DNA of 64,000 nucleotides from Blastocystis sp. subtype 4 (taxonomy: Eukaryota), in the NCBI RefSeq assembly GCF_000743755.1, contig NW_014569526.1, positions 1 to 64,000 on the forward strand, given 5' to 3'. Both the position numbers and the translations under genes were made by a program. Under the pieces are notes generated by a model. That model searched no databases, had not been told where the DNA came from, and saw only the letters and a list, made by a program, of their open reading frames with translations. Shown one piece after another: positions 27,294-40,000 of this stretch; the first letter of the stretch is position 1, and each line of letters starts with the position of its first letter.

Positions 27294-29135
27294 TCAACCC
27301 GATGTTTGATTTGCTAAAATCTGATTATTCAATGTCACAATGCACCAGCTATTCCGGTATACAGTTAAGTAAGAATGTTTGTAGGCAGTAGGGAAGGCAT
27401 TATCTTTGGCTGCTGGAAGACTGATTTTCTTTGCAATAGTTCCAAATGATTCCTCAGTATCAGAACTATCATTAAATAGGATATTAACACCTACTCATAA
27501 TACACAAGAACAAGATCTGTGCTAATCTTTGGAAACATTTGAATCAATTCTGGGCCTTTAGCACTTTGAATCAATCTATCCCATTTGCGATCGTAATTCT
27601 TCTTTAGTAGATAGTTAATATTATACGTAGAAAAGTCATAATAACCCTGATATAATGAATGCTTCCTCATACGAATAACTGCTCTAGAAATCACAATCAG
27701 GGAATGAACTCACTTATTGTCATTCATATCAGTCAATTTGAATGGAACAGCTCGAGAGATCTAAATGCTAAATACTTCCAACCATATGAACCTGAGGAAT
27801 GATACACGCCTGATCTTTGCGATTCTCTTTCAGACGAATCCATTTCAACATGGAGTGCGGACACCATTTTCGATCATAACGAATCCAGACTTTGGATGTT
27901 AGAAGCCATGCTCCCATCGACATGAAATCACTTCGAAATACGTGGACTATGATAATATCACAAAATAATAGTTACAAGGAAGGAATTTGTTCGACTTCGC
28001 TCCATTCTCATTAAATGCTGTGATCCCCAGAATCGTCGGATCTTTCCACATAACAGGAGAGATGTTATCAAAATAGCTAAAGAAATCAGCAGAAATAAGA
28101 TATTGTTCCTAACTATTATTCTCATCGTTCCAATACCTCGATGAAGAGAATCTGTTGATATCCACTTCCGTCAAAGAGAGTTTGCATAATCCAATGATAG
28201 TAACCTATACCCTGTAAATGCTGGGATTGAAAATGAAGAAGCGTGAATGACAGCTTGGGATTCTCTTCTTTTAAGGTACGATTGAATTCATTGAAAATAG
28301 GAAGATAATTCAATTCAAATCGAAATGGACAAACATAAAAATCCACTTGGGCAGTATTGCGAGAATCAAGATACACAGCAAGTGTGTTATTAAATGAATA
28401 TTGGAAATGATGTAGAGACCCTAAACAAACGATCACAACTGCTGTCTTCCGATGTCCTAATGGATGGAATCCTATCTTTGTAGATGAAGTATTGGTAAGG
28501 ATTTCTCCGTCAATGAACTCATCCAAAGATTGTATTCCAGTTGGACTTAAGTTTCGAGATAACAATGAATCCACTCGTTTGGAAGCGGTAAAGGGCTGAA
28601 TAGCAATTTCTGAAGGAATATTGGATTGCTTGGACAAGCTTGAACCAGCATTCTCTACTGGACGACGTGAAAAAGGACTAGACTCTGACCAGAATGGAGC
28701 ATTATCCTTCGTGGTTACTATACGATCCTATACTCATTAAATAGATGCAATCCATACAGTGATAATCGATTCATTCCTTAGATAACTAACAGCTGGAGGC
28801 CCTGATAGAGCCTAATATTATACATTACTTTATATTCCCACTAAATGATCTTGACGCAATGAATTGCTCCTTTTTGTAAGCGATGGCACAGTAGAAACAA
28901 TGACCTAATCCGTAACAACGATTCCAAAAATAAATACACCATTCTTGTAGATTAATCGACGAGCAACTTTCCACAAGACATCATCCTATGCATAATAAAG
29001 ACAAAAATCATAAACATTTCCTGCTCGTAGGGTCACTTTTACTCTACCAGACAAACATATCTCCAGAATCAGTAAACAAGAAATGACCATGAAAGCAACT
29101 AAGTTCACTTTCATGTTCAAATCTTTAGATGTCAT
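27294..29135 (-). CDS. GT13-family (GnT-I/MGAT1-like) type II membrane protein with degenerate active site
   Basis: N-terminal TM segment, then ISADFFSYFD, DPTILGITAFNENG, FRSDFMSMGAWLL, RKDQACIIPQISRA, in GnT-I order. Confidence 0.75.
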
Positions 29136-29298
29136 CCAAATTGTTACGAACTCTTTTACGACAATTCGGTTTTCTGCGACAGTAGTGGTTGTGCCAATAA
29201 CAGCCTCAAATCGAATAAAAAAATCCCCAAGAATTATACATAGAATTCGAGAACTCGTTAAATAAGGGACATCCAACAATTCTTCTAGTAATTATCGA

Positions 29299-30347
29299 AT
29301 GTCTGGGTCAAATGGAAATGAGAATACTGTTCCGAAGAAAGGGATTCGAGAACGTATCATGGATTGTCTCACTTCTCGAGATGAAACTGTAACAACGCAA
29401 AAGATGATCGATGATGAAGATAAAGATACTCAAGAATGCATGGATTCGTATCTACGCGAATTGACTCGAAGTCCGTTGTCAAAGACATGGAACCAGTATC
29501 GCCATAAGAAGTGGGCGCATGATGATTCGTTACCGCCATTGGAAGATTTGGAAAAGGAGATGGTAGCACTTGTTCCTTCCTATAGTGCTTTGTACGATTA
29601 TCTACGAAGATTTTATCTTTAGCTGTCACATTGGAAAAACCAAGGAACTCGATTGTGCCTTCATTCCTCTCTTCCCCTTTGAACGTCCTCATCTTCAGGA
29701 TAGTATGACTGATGTTTTGGAATTACATATAGCCATTCAAAAAGGAATGATCTCTCGTCGAAGTCTACACTTACGCTTTAATCGTCAAATTGACTCTGTC
29801 AGTTCAAATCTTTTGGACTACCTAACAAATGTGGATATGTTTGATCATCTGGCTGTTGGCTGTACAGTCTTTGAAAATGGGCATTGGCAAACAATTGCTA
29901 CTGCTCGTGTTATTCGTGAACGAGATCAACCTGAATGGGCAGAATGGGCAGCCATTGTCGCGGACCCATATCATCGAAATACGATTGGAACATGTCTTCT
30001 ATATTTCATATCTCGCGTATTTCAGAATAACTATGTTGATGCTTAGATCGCTCTGAGAGCGGGAGTTAAAATGTTGTATGCAGTCGTAAACCCAGCAAAT
30101 GCTCCTGTTTTACATTGGATGAAGAAACTAGGAGCCAAAGTCCAGATGCGACAGAATGTGTATGTGTTGAGTAAGACAATTGAATGATAGGAATGTGTGG
30201 TGTTTCCCGATTCCTTTGCCTGAGGATTGGGTGGAAAATCAGGAAGTTCGTGAACAAATCGATCGTGCCTCAGCTGGTGAGAATATTGTCCCTGAACTTG
30301 TAGAAGCATATGTTCGAGATAACTTTGCTTATATGAATACGTTGTAA
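29299..30347 (+). CDS. GNAT acetyltransferase resembling bacterial Pat-type GNAT domains; 3 introns
   Basis: ISRRSLHLRF...LTNVDMFDHLAV...IATARVIR...AEWAAIVADPYHRNTIGTCLL. Introns 29592-29622, 30017-30046 and ~30160-30190; TAA 30345-30347. Confidence 0.8.
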
Positions 30348-30354
30348 ACTCATT

Positions 30355-30371
30355 TATTTGTTATACAAACA
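30355..30371. terminator. Bidirectional 3'-end motif TATTTGTTATACAAACA
   Basis: Between convergent GNAT and CDPK7-like genes. Confidence 0.6.
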
Positions 30372-30386
30372 TTAACTAAAAGAGCG

Positions 30387-33300
30387 CTATTTCATGGAAG
30401 TTGGAAATACCAGAGGAGTGAGATTAGGAGGCGGTGATACACTGACCCATACATCATCTGCTGGATCAGGAGAAGGTTGAGTCATCTGTTTTGGAGTAGG
30501 ATTCATAGATCGTGAAACAGTCTCACTATCCAAATCTGATTCAGGTTGAGGTTTCACTTCTGTGTTATCGATTGATTGTATGACTTCAGTTTGTTTTGAT
30601 TCGAAATCTTCATTGAGATCACTTTGTGCCCTCTTTGTCTCTTCTGAAGAAGTTTCCTTTCCACTGTTTTTTGGCGTATATTCTTTTGATTCTTTATACT
30701 CCAGTACTTCCATCTCTTTCGGCTCATCAACTATCACAGGCTTTTCAACATTTGTTGCTGTCTCATCAGGTACAATTGTTACAGTCTCTTGAGCTGAGGA
30801 CTCATTCTCTTGCTTCACCCATTCACTTTCCTCCTGATCCTTCTTCTCCTCAGCCTCCATTTGTTTGAACCAGGGGTGATGTAGAAGGTCTTCAGCTGAG
30901 AGACGCATCTCTGGGTCTTTCTGTAACAATCCTTTGATTGCTTCACGACACTACTCGTCAAACCGTGGTTATTCTCTCACATTGGGTGATAAACGTAAAA
31001 AGAACTTATTAGTGTAGTCAGGCGTACCATGAATCACCATATCAACGATCTCCTCCTTCGTTTGCCCATCAAATGGAAGTCTTCCTCTTAGTCTACACAT
31101 CAGATCTCCTTCTCTTCATTACAAAAGATAGAAAATAACTCCCAGTGACCACATATCCGCTTTTGTTGTGTAACCTTTACAAGCAATCACTTCAGGAGCA
31201 ATGTAGTTCAATGTTCCACAAGGATACTCCAACTTCTCATTAGGAAAAATGAGTTTACTAAACCCAAAATCTCCAATTTTCACATCAAACAGATCTTTGT
31301 TACATAGTATATTCTCAGGCTAATTGATAGAGAAGGAAGAGTAAACAATACTTTGATATCACGATGAATGATCCCCATGCGATGAAGGTAGGCAAGACAT
31401 TCTGTGAGAGGACGAATGATACGATAAGCTTCATGTTCCTTGAGAATGGAACGACCACAGATATTACTGTACAGTTCACCACCTCGAAGGAGTTCCATTA
31501 CAATGTAAATCTTCTGAGAGGGTGAGTAACAGTAACAGTGATAGTGAATGATAATGAGTACAGCAATGACAATGAGTGAGTGATAGTGAATGATTATGAC
31601 AGAGTGATAGGACAGTGAGTGATAGTGAATGATTATGACAGAGTGATAGGACAGTGAGTGAGAGTGAATGATTATGACAGAGTGATAGGACAGTGAGTGA
31701 GAGTGAATGATTCACAATACAACAATCCCTTTATCAATTCATATTCAATTCCTACTTCATTCGATTCAAATGTGTCAAACAGAGTAACAATGTTCTCATG
31801 CTGAACAAGTGATAAAATTGCAATTTCTGTTTGAATCAACTCAGTTTCTTTCTACAATGATCATCTCTCTCTTGTCCTCACTTCAGTCAATCGTTTCTTA
31901 TCAATTATTTTGACAGCATATTCAGTTTCAGTCTTCTTCTCAATACACTATGGATCATTCAACCCAATTCTCTCTTACTCGATAAACCTGAGCAAATCTT
32001 CCTTCACCTATCATCTCACACACATCATAATAGTCTTCAATATGACGCACTCCTGCCACTTCCTGAATAGCTTTAACCCAACCTGATCGTTCCTCTTCAG
32101 AACTTGCATAGAATTCACGATCATAAGCAGCTGGGAACTGAATCCTGAATCCAAAATACTTCGAATTTTTGTCATTTGGAATACTATTCCATAGTAAGAT
32201 AGAATCACTCTTACATGCGAACGACAGCTTTTTCCAGGTACAATACAAATGAAGGAGTTTCAGAAGCCTGATTGGAGAACAAATACAGAAAGTTGTTATG
32301 AACACGAGCAAAGATATGATTCATTGTGAAGTGTGTCTGTTGATATAACATACCAGAATATTCTTTCACTTCTGCCTATAACATCAACATTCATCATGAT
32401 GATCACATTGATTCCGGGAATCTCCATTCTTGCATCTACCACCTTGTCTTCATATTGATGACCACAAGCACTACAGAATCGCATTGAAACAACACGATGA
32501 CATTCTGTACATTGGAGATGCTTGATTCCATCATTCTTCTCTTTGTCAACTGGCTTCAATTCACCTTGACACATACAGCAAAATCGGACCTCTTTATGGC
32601 AATAACTACATACAATGCACCAATAAGCACGTGTAAATCCTTGCCATTTTTCGGGATGACCAAGTTTTGCCATACTTCGATTGTTTCGAGAACGATACAC
32701 TTCTGGATCCACACTATCGAATGGAAGCTTATTATAACTCTCAGAAGGAGTTAGACTGTGAGATGTTGTAGCATACGAGGATGGAAGACTCAGAGGATTC
32801 ATATTCAAAGAATGACTACTGAGAGTGAATATGGACTATGACTAAAATAGACCCGATTTTGGGTACTCGGAAATACTCGCGTAAATGCGGTTGTTCACGC
32901 ATAAACACGGAAAAATCATGATAATTGATAGCCGCGTTGTGTTCACTCTCTTCGTTACTCTCAAAGTAAGCAGCTAGGAGAACAGTAATTCCCTCTTGAA
33001 CAGCACTTGCTGGCTAGCAATGACGTTTCAAGCACACTCCTACCAGTTCATTCATTTCATTTCCCCATTTCTGAACCCATTCTATGAGATGAAGAATATG
33101 GAAGAATTCTACTCTGAGCGTAATCACTACGGTTTTCCGCTGACTTTAGAATCACGAAAAATATACTAGGAGGAAGGTGCTGAAGCACCGATTGAAATTC
33201 ATCAAAATCAATCTCACTTCGGCTACAGGTAATGGAATTCAGTTATACATACTCATTTAAACTAAAGAAGTGGAAAATAAAACTATCAAACCCAGTTTCG

Positions 33301-33655
33301 TCATCTAACATACAAACTTCAATTCCCTTCTTAAATTCCGACCAGAAGATCTTCCCGTCGTGGTTTGCGTCAAACATAATGAACAGGCGCTCTTCTTTTC
33401 ACTCTACTTCAAAATACTTACCACCTAATAAACCTGGAAGGTTAAAAAAGCGAAGAAAGTCCTCCTTAACTATGTAACCCTCTTCACTTCGATTCTCTGC
33501 CAAGGCCTACAATTCATTCGCTGTCTCCTAACGCACATTGAACTGCATTCGAATAGTTTTCATTTCGATTTCGTTCTCTATTCAAATAACAAAACAAACC
33601 CATTCTCACTATCAGCCACAACATCTGTGCTTGGACTAGAACAAACAGAACCCAT
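30387..33655 (-). CDS. CDPK7-like kinase: acylated N-terminus, EF-hands, Cys-rich segment, PH domain, CAMK-type kinase
   Basis: Spliced start MGSVCSS; FNLPGLLG-ERLF; DANHDGKI EF-hand; CxxC cluster; PH end REFYASSEEERSGWVKAI; kinase IGEGRFA, HRDIKPEN, DFG, CGTLNYIAPE. Confidence 0.85.
31576..31712. repeat. Intronic minisatellite, ~3.5 copies of a 39-bp unit
   Basis: GTGAGTGATAGTGAATGATTATGACAGAGTGATAGGACA at 31576, 31615, 31654 and partial at 31693, inside intron 31514-31755. Confidence 0.92.
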
Positions 33656-33856
33656 GAGAATAAATATAGAGTTACCGCGAATAGCAGTCCGCCCTTAACT
33701 TTTCTATGATGCTCCGTTGTCTTTTTATAAAATACAGATCTCTTTTTCAAACTGGGATCTGCCTTTCTGTGGTCACTTTTAGCTATTCTGCCACCACAAC
33801 CGCCACGATTCCTCCTACCGATTTGCCAACAAACACTTTCACTATCTGAAAATACT

Positions 33857-34819
33857 TTACGACTCATCCACATCCTTTTCATTCAGCAGAAACGAAATAC
33901 TTCCATCTCGTACCAAATCAAGTGAAAACTTCTTACGTTTTTCTTTATCTGGTTTGAACATAAACTAACTAAAACAATCAATGATATCACTTACTTCTTT
34001 CTGTTCTGCCGAAATGAACTGTCCATGAATCCTGAGTTCACCATTCTGAAGTGTCAGTTCCATTCCTGGAGCAATGAACTGATCATTAACGACAAGTTGA
34101 CTACCAGGTAAAATGACAACTAGATTCTCCTTTTCTACCATATTACAATATAATGACTATTTCATACTCAAATGGTACTTCTCACAAAGAGAATGCCATT
34201 CTGTAACCATGTAGCGAATATCATCTATCACTTCATTATCTGGAAGAGCTACTGTTAGTGTAGTATCCTCCTCTATCGTTTAGCCACTATCGTTATCCAT
34301 ACTCTTTTGATTTCCCGAATGATCCTCATTTCGATTAGGAAGCATCCGGTGCTTACGATCTACGACTTATAGATACTATACTAGATTACGTATACCTTCT
34401 GAAGCAGCTCGTTTTGACATTGCTACACGTTCTTCTTCAATTTTCCGTTTCAATTCCGCCACTTCATGCTACAAAAACACTAATCCTCGAAAAATACCTC
34501 ATAAAACTCATTGAGTCGTTCCTCTTCAAAAGTAGCCAATTTATTTGCAGAATCTAAACGCATTTGATGTTCAGTCTTGATTAATAAGAGGCTATCATCT
34601 CTCTGTTTTTGCAATGCTTCCATAGCCGATTTGACATCCAAATCCTCTTTAAGATCATCTCAACTATGTATCCTTACCCATACTTGGTTTCTTTGTCTCT
34701 GGTTCAAGTTCTGTCTCTTCTTTTACTTTCTCTTTTCTTCTCTTTTTACATGAACTGCTATCACTTTCATCGGTATAATCATCCGTGTATTGCTGACGGC
34801 GAGATCCTCTCGGAGCCAT
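33857..34819 (-). CDS. Sds3/BRMS1-like Sin3-HDAC complex subunit (tentative); multi-exon
   Basis: Spliced MAPRGSRRQQ..., coiled coil (EALQKQRDDSLL...EFYEHEVAELKRKIEEER), LPDNEVIDDIRYM, beta-rich C-terminus. TAA 33857-33859 then TGTTTGTT. Not in the ORF track. Confidence 0.55.
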
Positions 34820-35034
34820 CTAGATGTTCTAAATACTTTTAGACCCGCTTTTACCACACCTCCAGAATGAATTCTCACCACATTCCCAAACCATTCCTTT
34901 CATCCACTTACTACTTCTCAAACACACCCTACTTATTACTATCTAAAGTGAAAAAAGATAATAGATTCTGGTTATTCCCGCGATTCAAACCATCATTCAG
35001 CTATTGAAACAAACACCAAATCAAACACATAAAC

Positions 35035-36649
35035 TCACGATTCTTGCTTTCTCTTCTTACTGGTCACTCCATCTGTAAACTACACATAAGCTCTCCATTT
35101 CACTCTTACTTCTAACGGACCACCACCCCGACTCCGACTCTGATATTTCGCATCCTGTGCATCTGCTTCCTTGTTGAAATCATCTCCTCCCAGTCCTGTT
35201 GCTCGCTTCATCTGGGCCATTGTCTCTTCAGACACATACTTCATTGCCTCGCTCTCACGAGCACGATAGATTGTCTCTGACTTGTCAGCCCATAGTGGCT
35301 TTGTGTACACATTGTATACTACCTCTCACAAACCTACCATTCACCTACCATCATCCTCTGTATAACCACTTGATACACCACCATTCTGATCGAATAACCG
35401 TGAGTCGAAGGTAACACCAGTAGCAGTTGCAACAGCTGCCTGACCCAAAGCAATTCTCTCACTAATATCACGCTCCTTCTCTCGTTCTTCTCTCGTTCTT
35501 CGTCCTGCCTGTTTCAACCGCAGATCACGTTCTCGCTGTCGACGCATTTCCTCACGCTGCTTATCTCGCTTCAGACGAGCTTCACGTTCCTCTGCTGTCT
35601 CTCGTTTGTCCTTCGCTCTCTCCATGTCCTCATGTTCTTGACGGATCTCAGCAGCACGCTGACGCATCAACTCATCTTGAGTTAGACGCTCCTTTTCCTT
35701 CTGTTTCCGTAAAATGCTATTTCGAAGCTCCACTTCCTCCCTCATCTTACTCTCTGCAGCTTGCATCGCCTCTGCAAAGGTAGCGAAGTTATCATTCACA
35801 ATCGTTTGCTGGAGTCCACGTCCATCTGCAGCCAGACGCTTGTCCAGAGGGATGGTCAATCCACGAGCATTCTTCCAGTTGGAGATGCAGGGAGGGATCT
35901 TCCAGTCCTGTTGATCTTGTACCGTCACCTTACGAGGAGGAGAGTGCATGATTGGCACAGGAGCATCACCAAATCCATTCGGTACCTTCCGATGACGAAA
36001 CTTCGGAGGATCTAGAGGGTCCTGAGCCACCTCCACCATCCGGATCATACGCTGAGGCAACTGACGACCTGTGAGAGAGTCCACGGGTGTGTATTTATAG
36101 AACTCAGACGACTTCACCTCACTTGGAAGTGATCCCTCAGGAAGACGACCTGGAAGAGCCGCTGCTGTTTGACGCTGAATCTTCTTTTCCATGGCTTCTC
36201 GAGTTCGGAGGGTCAATGCAGCCACCTCGTCCTCACTCGGTCTAGACAAATCCTGTTCCGTCGTTGAACCCACTAACGAACTGATCTTTGAGTGGATCAC
36301 CATCGAGGTACTTCGACCCTGATTCAGGAGATTCCGGTCGTAGTCGGCATGACCTTCTTCATCAACAGCAACCGATACAACTTTCGTTTCACCAGCTAAT
36401 TCAGATCGTCCCATGTCAAGTGGATATTGAGTAATATGAATTTCGGGAAAGGCACCTCCGTCGCCATAATCTTCACGACAACGAGGAATATAGTTTTCTC
36501 TCTGTCCATATGGAGGTATATTATATACCTTCTTTGGTTTTGGTTTAGGAGCCTCCACCTTCTTCTCCTTTTCATAATGATGTATTGGAGCAGGCAAAAT
36601 ACTACAAATCATGTGATAAAAAGACTCGGTACTCAACAATACTCGACAT
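35035..36649 (-). CDS. SNW1: Splicing factor SNW1/SKIP/Prp45
   Basis: DYGDGGAFPEIH, DPLDPPKF, PVPIMHSPPRK, WKIPPCISNWKN, RDISERIALG, FDSRLF. Confidence 0.96.
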
Positions 36650-36960
36650 AGTTTCGATTATGAAACAGGAAGGGAGTATTTGAAAGCAAACGAAAACCGA
36701 ATTGGGAAGCCGAATAGACCCAATACCGCAATTCTGTATCTTGGTCAATTCTCACAAGATGTGTTCAGTAAACTAGAAACCATCTCAAGCATGTAGGAAA
36801 CTATAGTAATAGAAATGAATTTTAAGAATTCTAAGATATGTGAATATGAGATAGAGTGGAACGATTTACTATCAATGGGAGTTGCGAATGGATGATGTAG
36901 AAGAAGAAAGAACCCACTGATTATAGTCCTCATATATTAATTTCGACTGTTTTACTTTAA

Positions 36961-37050
36961 GGGGCGTATAGCTCAATGGAAGAGCTTCCATACTTTCTTC
37001 TGTCTAAGGCCATTGGAAAACTTAGGTTCGATTCCTAAAACGTCTCTTTT
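36961..37050 (+). ncRNA. Aberrant tRNA-like element (Pol III-type); no canonical anticodon loop
   Basis: Acceptor GGGGCGT/ACGTCTC, D stem GCTC/GAGC, T arm TTAGG-TTCGATT-CCTAA, A box 36969-36979, B box 37025-37035, TTTT 37047-37050. Anticodon stem TTCCA/TGGAA closes a 23-nt loop. Confidence 0.65.
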
Positions 37051-37079
37051 CACAACAAACTATCTCACATACAGTATAC

Positions 37080-40000
37080 TCATTGAATCATACGGTTCAA
37101 TCTTCGTTTACAGGTCGCATCTTCTACTTCGTCCACAACAGCTGCAATTGCATCAAGCAATTCTCGTGTCTCTTCTTTGTCTACCTAGTAAATATTCATT
37201 ATTCCTACCCGCAAGTACTACAAACTTACGCATCACTCCAATCAACTGAAGTAGCTGTTGAGTCGCTTCTTCCTTCACAACTCGTTTCAATCTCAAGATA
37301 TCTGTGAACACCTTCAACACTCCCTTCTTCAGACACTTTTCAACCAACTCCTCTGTCATCATTCACTCATTCAATTCTTACCTTGGAAAATCACATTCTC
37401 AAGAATATTCATAATTATACTGACACACTGATTCAAATACTCAACATCTGAACAATCTACACACATTCGATGATACTCGCTCAATGATTGTACAAATGGT
37501 TCTGTCTCATAACTCACAATACGAGTCAACACTGAATCTATTGTTGATTGATTCTCACTGTGTCTACTCATTGCACAACAATCTTCAAGATATTTGAACA
37601 CCAGAGAGACATCTTGCTTACAATCCTCATACTTCAAATTATGAAGCATTCCTGGAAGAGATTCGACGGCTCCTTCCAATACCATGCCATAATCATCTGA
37701 AGTGAAATCTACACATGACATCAAATGGTCAATTCAACCTGACAAATCCATTGAAATACATTGAAGAACATACCACACACGAGCAAGAGTACCTCCTCGC
37801 ATAAATTCAAGGACAATTCCAGAATCTACAAAATCAGGCCCATTTTTGGAAACCACGTTCATCATTACTAGGATCATCCAATAACTGCTTGATCATACGT
37901 TTCATCTTCAACTTCTCCTTATTCTCTTCTTCCTCGATTTTGTATATGGAAGCTTTAGGTTTCCACTGTTTCTCCTTTTCAGTATCACGGATAACCAATC
38001 TAAAGCACTCTGCATGCAGTGTTTCTCCTCGTAAAGTACCATAGTTTTGTACGATTTGTTTGAGAGTATCTCGTACATGCACACCCTTGATCCTATCTTC
38101 CGCGGGAATTGATTGTAACTCCATTCCATCAGGAACACAAGAGTCGGGTTCTTTCTTCTCATCCGAGGTCTCCACAGTCGTATCTAGATGCATTCTTTGG
38201 GATCCCTCAGGTTCTGAGGATGAGGAATCAGAATTAGCTAGTTCCATCGACTCATCTGAGTCTGATGGCTCCATTAGTTCTGTGGACTCTTCGGGGATCA
38301 TCTCGTATGGTTCTAGTATCTCTGACTCAGGGAAACAGCGAGAGAATCGATTACTGAGTCGGTTCCGCTTTGCTGTGAGGACTCGCAGTGTACTGGCAGC
38401 GCTGTGAGGCAACTCATCCACCTCAGAGTCACTTTCTCCATTCATAACTCCTGAGGGTGATCGCTCTGCCAGAAGTGTCAGCACTGGAGCTGGCTTGGTT
38501 GGAGGCTGTACATGCAACGATCGAACTGTTCGTTCCCCAGCTGGATGTAGAGTACGATTCTCTGAAGGGACGATCATCTGAGTACTCACTACAAGGACAA
38601 TAATCGCAGAGTCCTCTGTTATGGTCTTCATTAGTGCCTCTGTCTCATCTACTCTCTTACCTTGATACTCAATATGATCCACACATTGATCAGAAAACTA
38701 TCAATTATTGGATTCCAGAAATAGTACAATTTCTCGTAATACTCCGAAAGAAGCGTCAAATGCTAAAAACAAATCATACGAAGGATCTATCTGAAGGTCG
38801 GGCATATTGCCCTCAGGAGTTAGAATCACAGAAGCCAAAGTAAGCGTATTGGTACTGTGATCAACGAGATGACGAATAGTAACGAGATTCATCGGAAGTG
38901 TGATCACTATGGATAATTATAGATCACTGGTAATACAAATCATGGAGATTTCAGAATCAGGAATTGGAACAATTTCTGGTTCAGAAAATGTCTGTAAAAC
39001 TGAATATTATTCACTCTATCCAAACAAACCTCCATTACCAATGTATTGATCTAATTTGGTGATGAGTCCCATAACTTCATCATACAGGGTCTGATATTCA
39101 GTCATGCCCTTTGGACCTATGATGGGAGCCAACTCCTCAAAACGATTTCTCTCTTCTTCCAATCCTTGATACGAACAGGAAAGAATACTCAAAATGTCTT
39201 CTCGTGAATAGGTAGCCTCTGAGCGTTAGAGAGAGAATACGAGAATACGAGAATTAGACACAAGGAGTTGGATGAATGAAAGAACAGTAACAGAGAGAGA
39301 AGCAGTGAATGGAATACTATGGAGAACCGTAAGGTAATCACCTGAGGTCCAGAAAGTACTTTTGAGAATAATTTGAAGGAAACGAGCTAAGAGGTGGTTA
39401 GTAATGAAGAGGAATGATGGGTTTGATCAATTATCATTCCATCACCTACAATTCAACACACACAAATTTGTGAGGGTTCGCATGAAGTTGTTAACTAGAG
39501 TACGAATCACTTCCCATCCTTCTTGATCACTTTGTACACTCTGCTTCACAAACATAATACCATCCAAAGAATCCTTCTGACCATCCTTTACACATTTCGT
39601 CTGTTCATTCATCAAGATATGACACATGATCTCATACCATGTACGAGTAATTGCTAAAGTATTGTAAATATGCTCTGACAATAATACCCACGATTTTTGG
39701 ACTTACTACAACACGACAAATTTCGAAGAATACTTGAGAAATGTACAGTGATCACTATATCATCTATACAGTACATCACTACTTTCTCTAGAGTCTCCAA
39801 CAGAAGAAGTTGACTATCATCCCCTTCAGCACTCACTTCTTCACCACGACGTAACCCCTTCTTCTCTTTGATCAAGTGAGAAGTGTATTGAATGTCTCCA
39901 CGAGTTAGTAATTCACATGTACGTGGATCATAAGTCAATACAGTAAGCAACCGAAACACATTGTGTAACATGGTTTTAAAATCGTGTTTATCTGTATCCG

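Noticed and set aside
31576..31712. 39-bp repeats as a CRISPR array, or ORF 31476-31715 as a protein
   Set aside because: Units are head-to-tail with no unique spacers, there are no cas genes, and the repeat lies in a GT-AG intron of a eukaryotic kinase.
36844..36935. Possible snoRNA/U3-like RNA upstream of the tRNA-like element (ATATGAG...CTCATAT ends; GACTATA...TTTCT on the minus strand)
   Set aside because: Box matches are too degenerate to support without an Infernal/Rfam search.
37002..37008. CTA triplet in the tRNA-like loop as an amber suppressor anticodon
   Set aside because: No stem encloses GT-CTA-AG, and TAG serves as a normal stop in several genes here.
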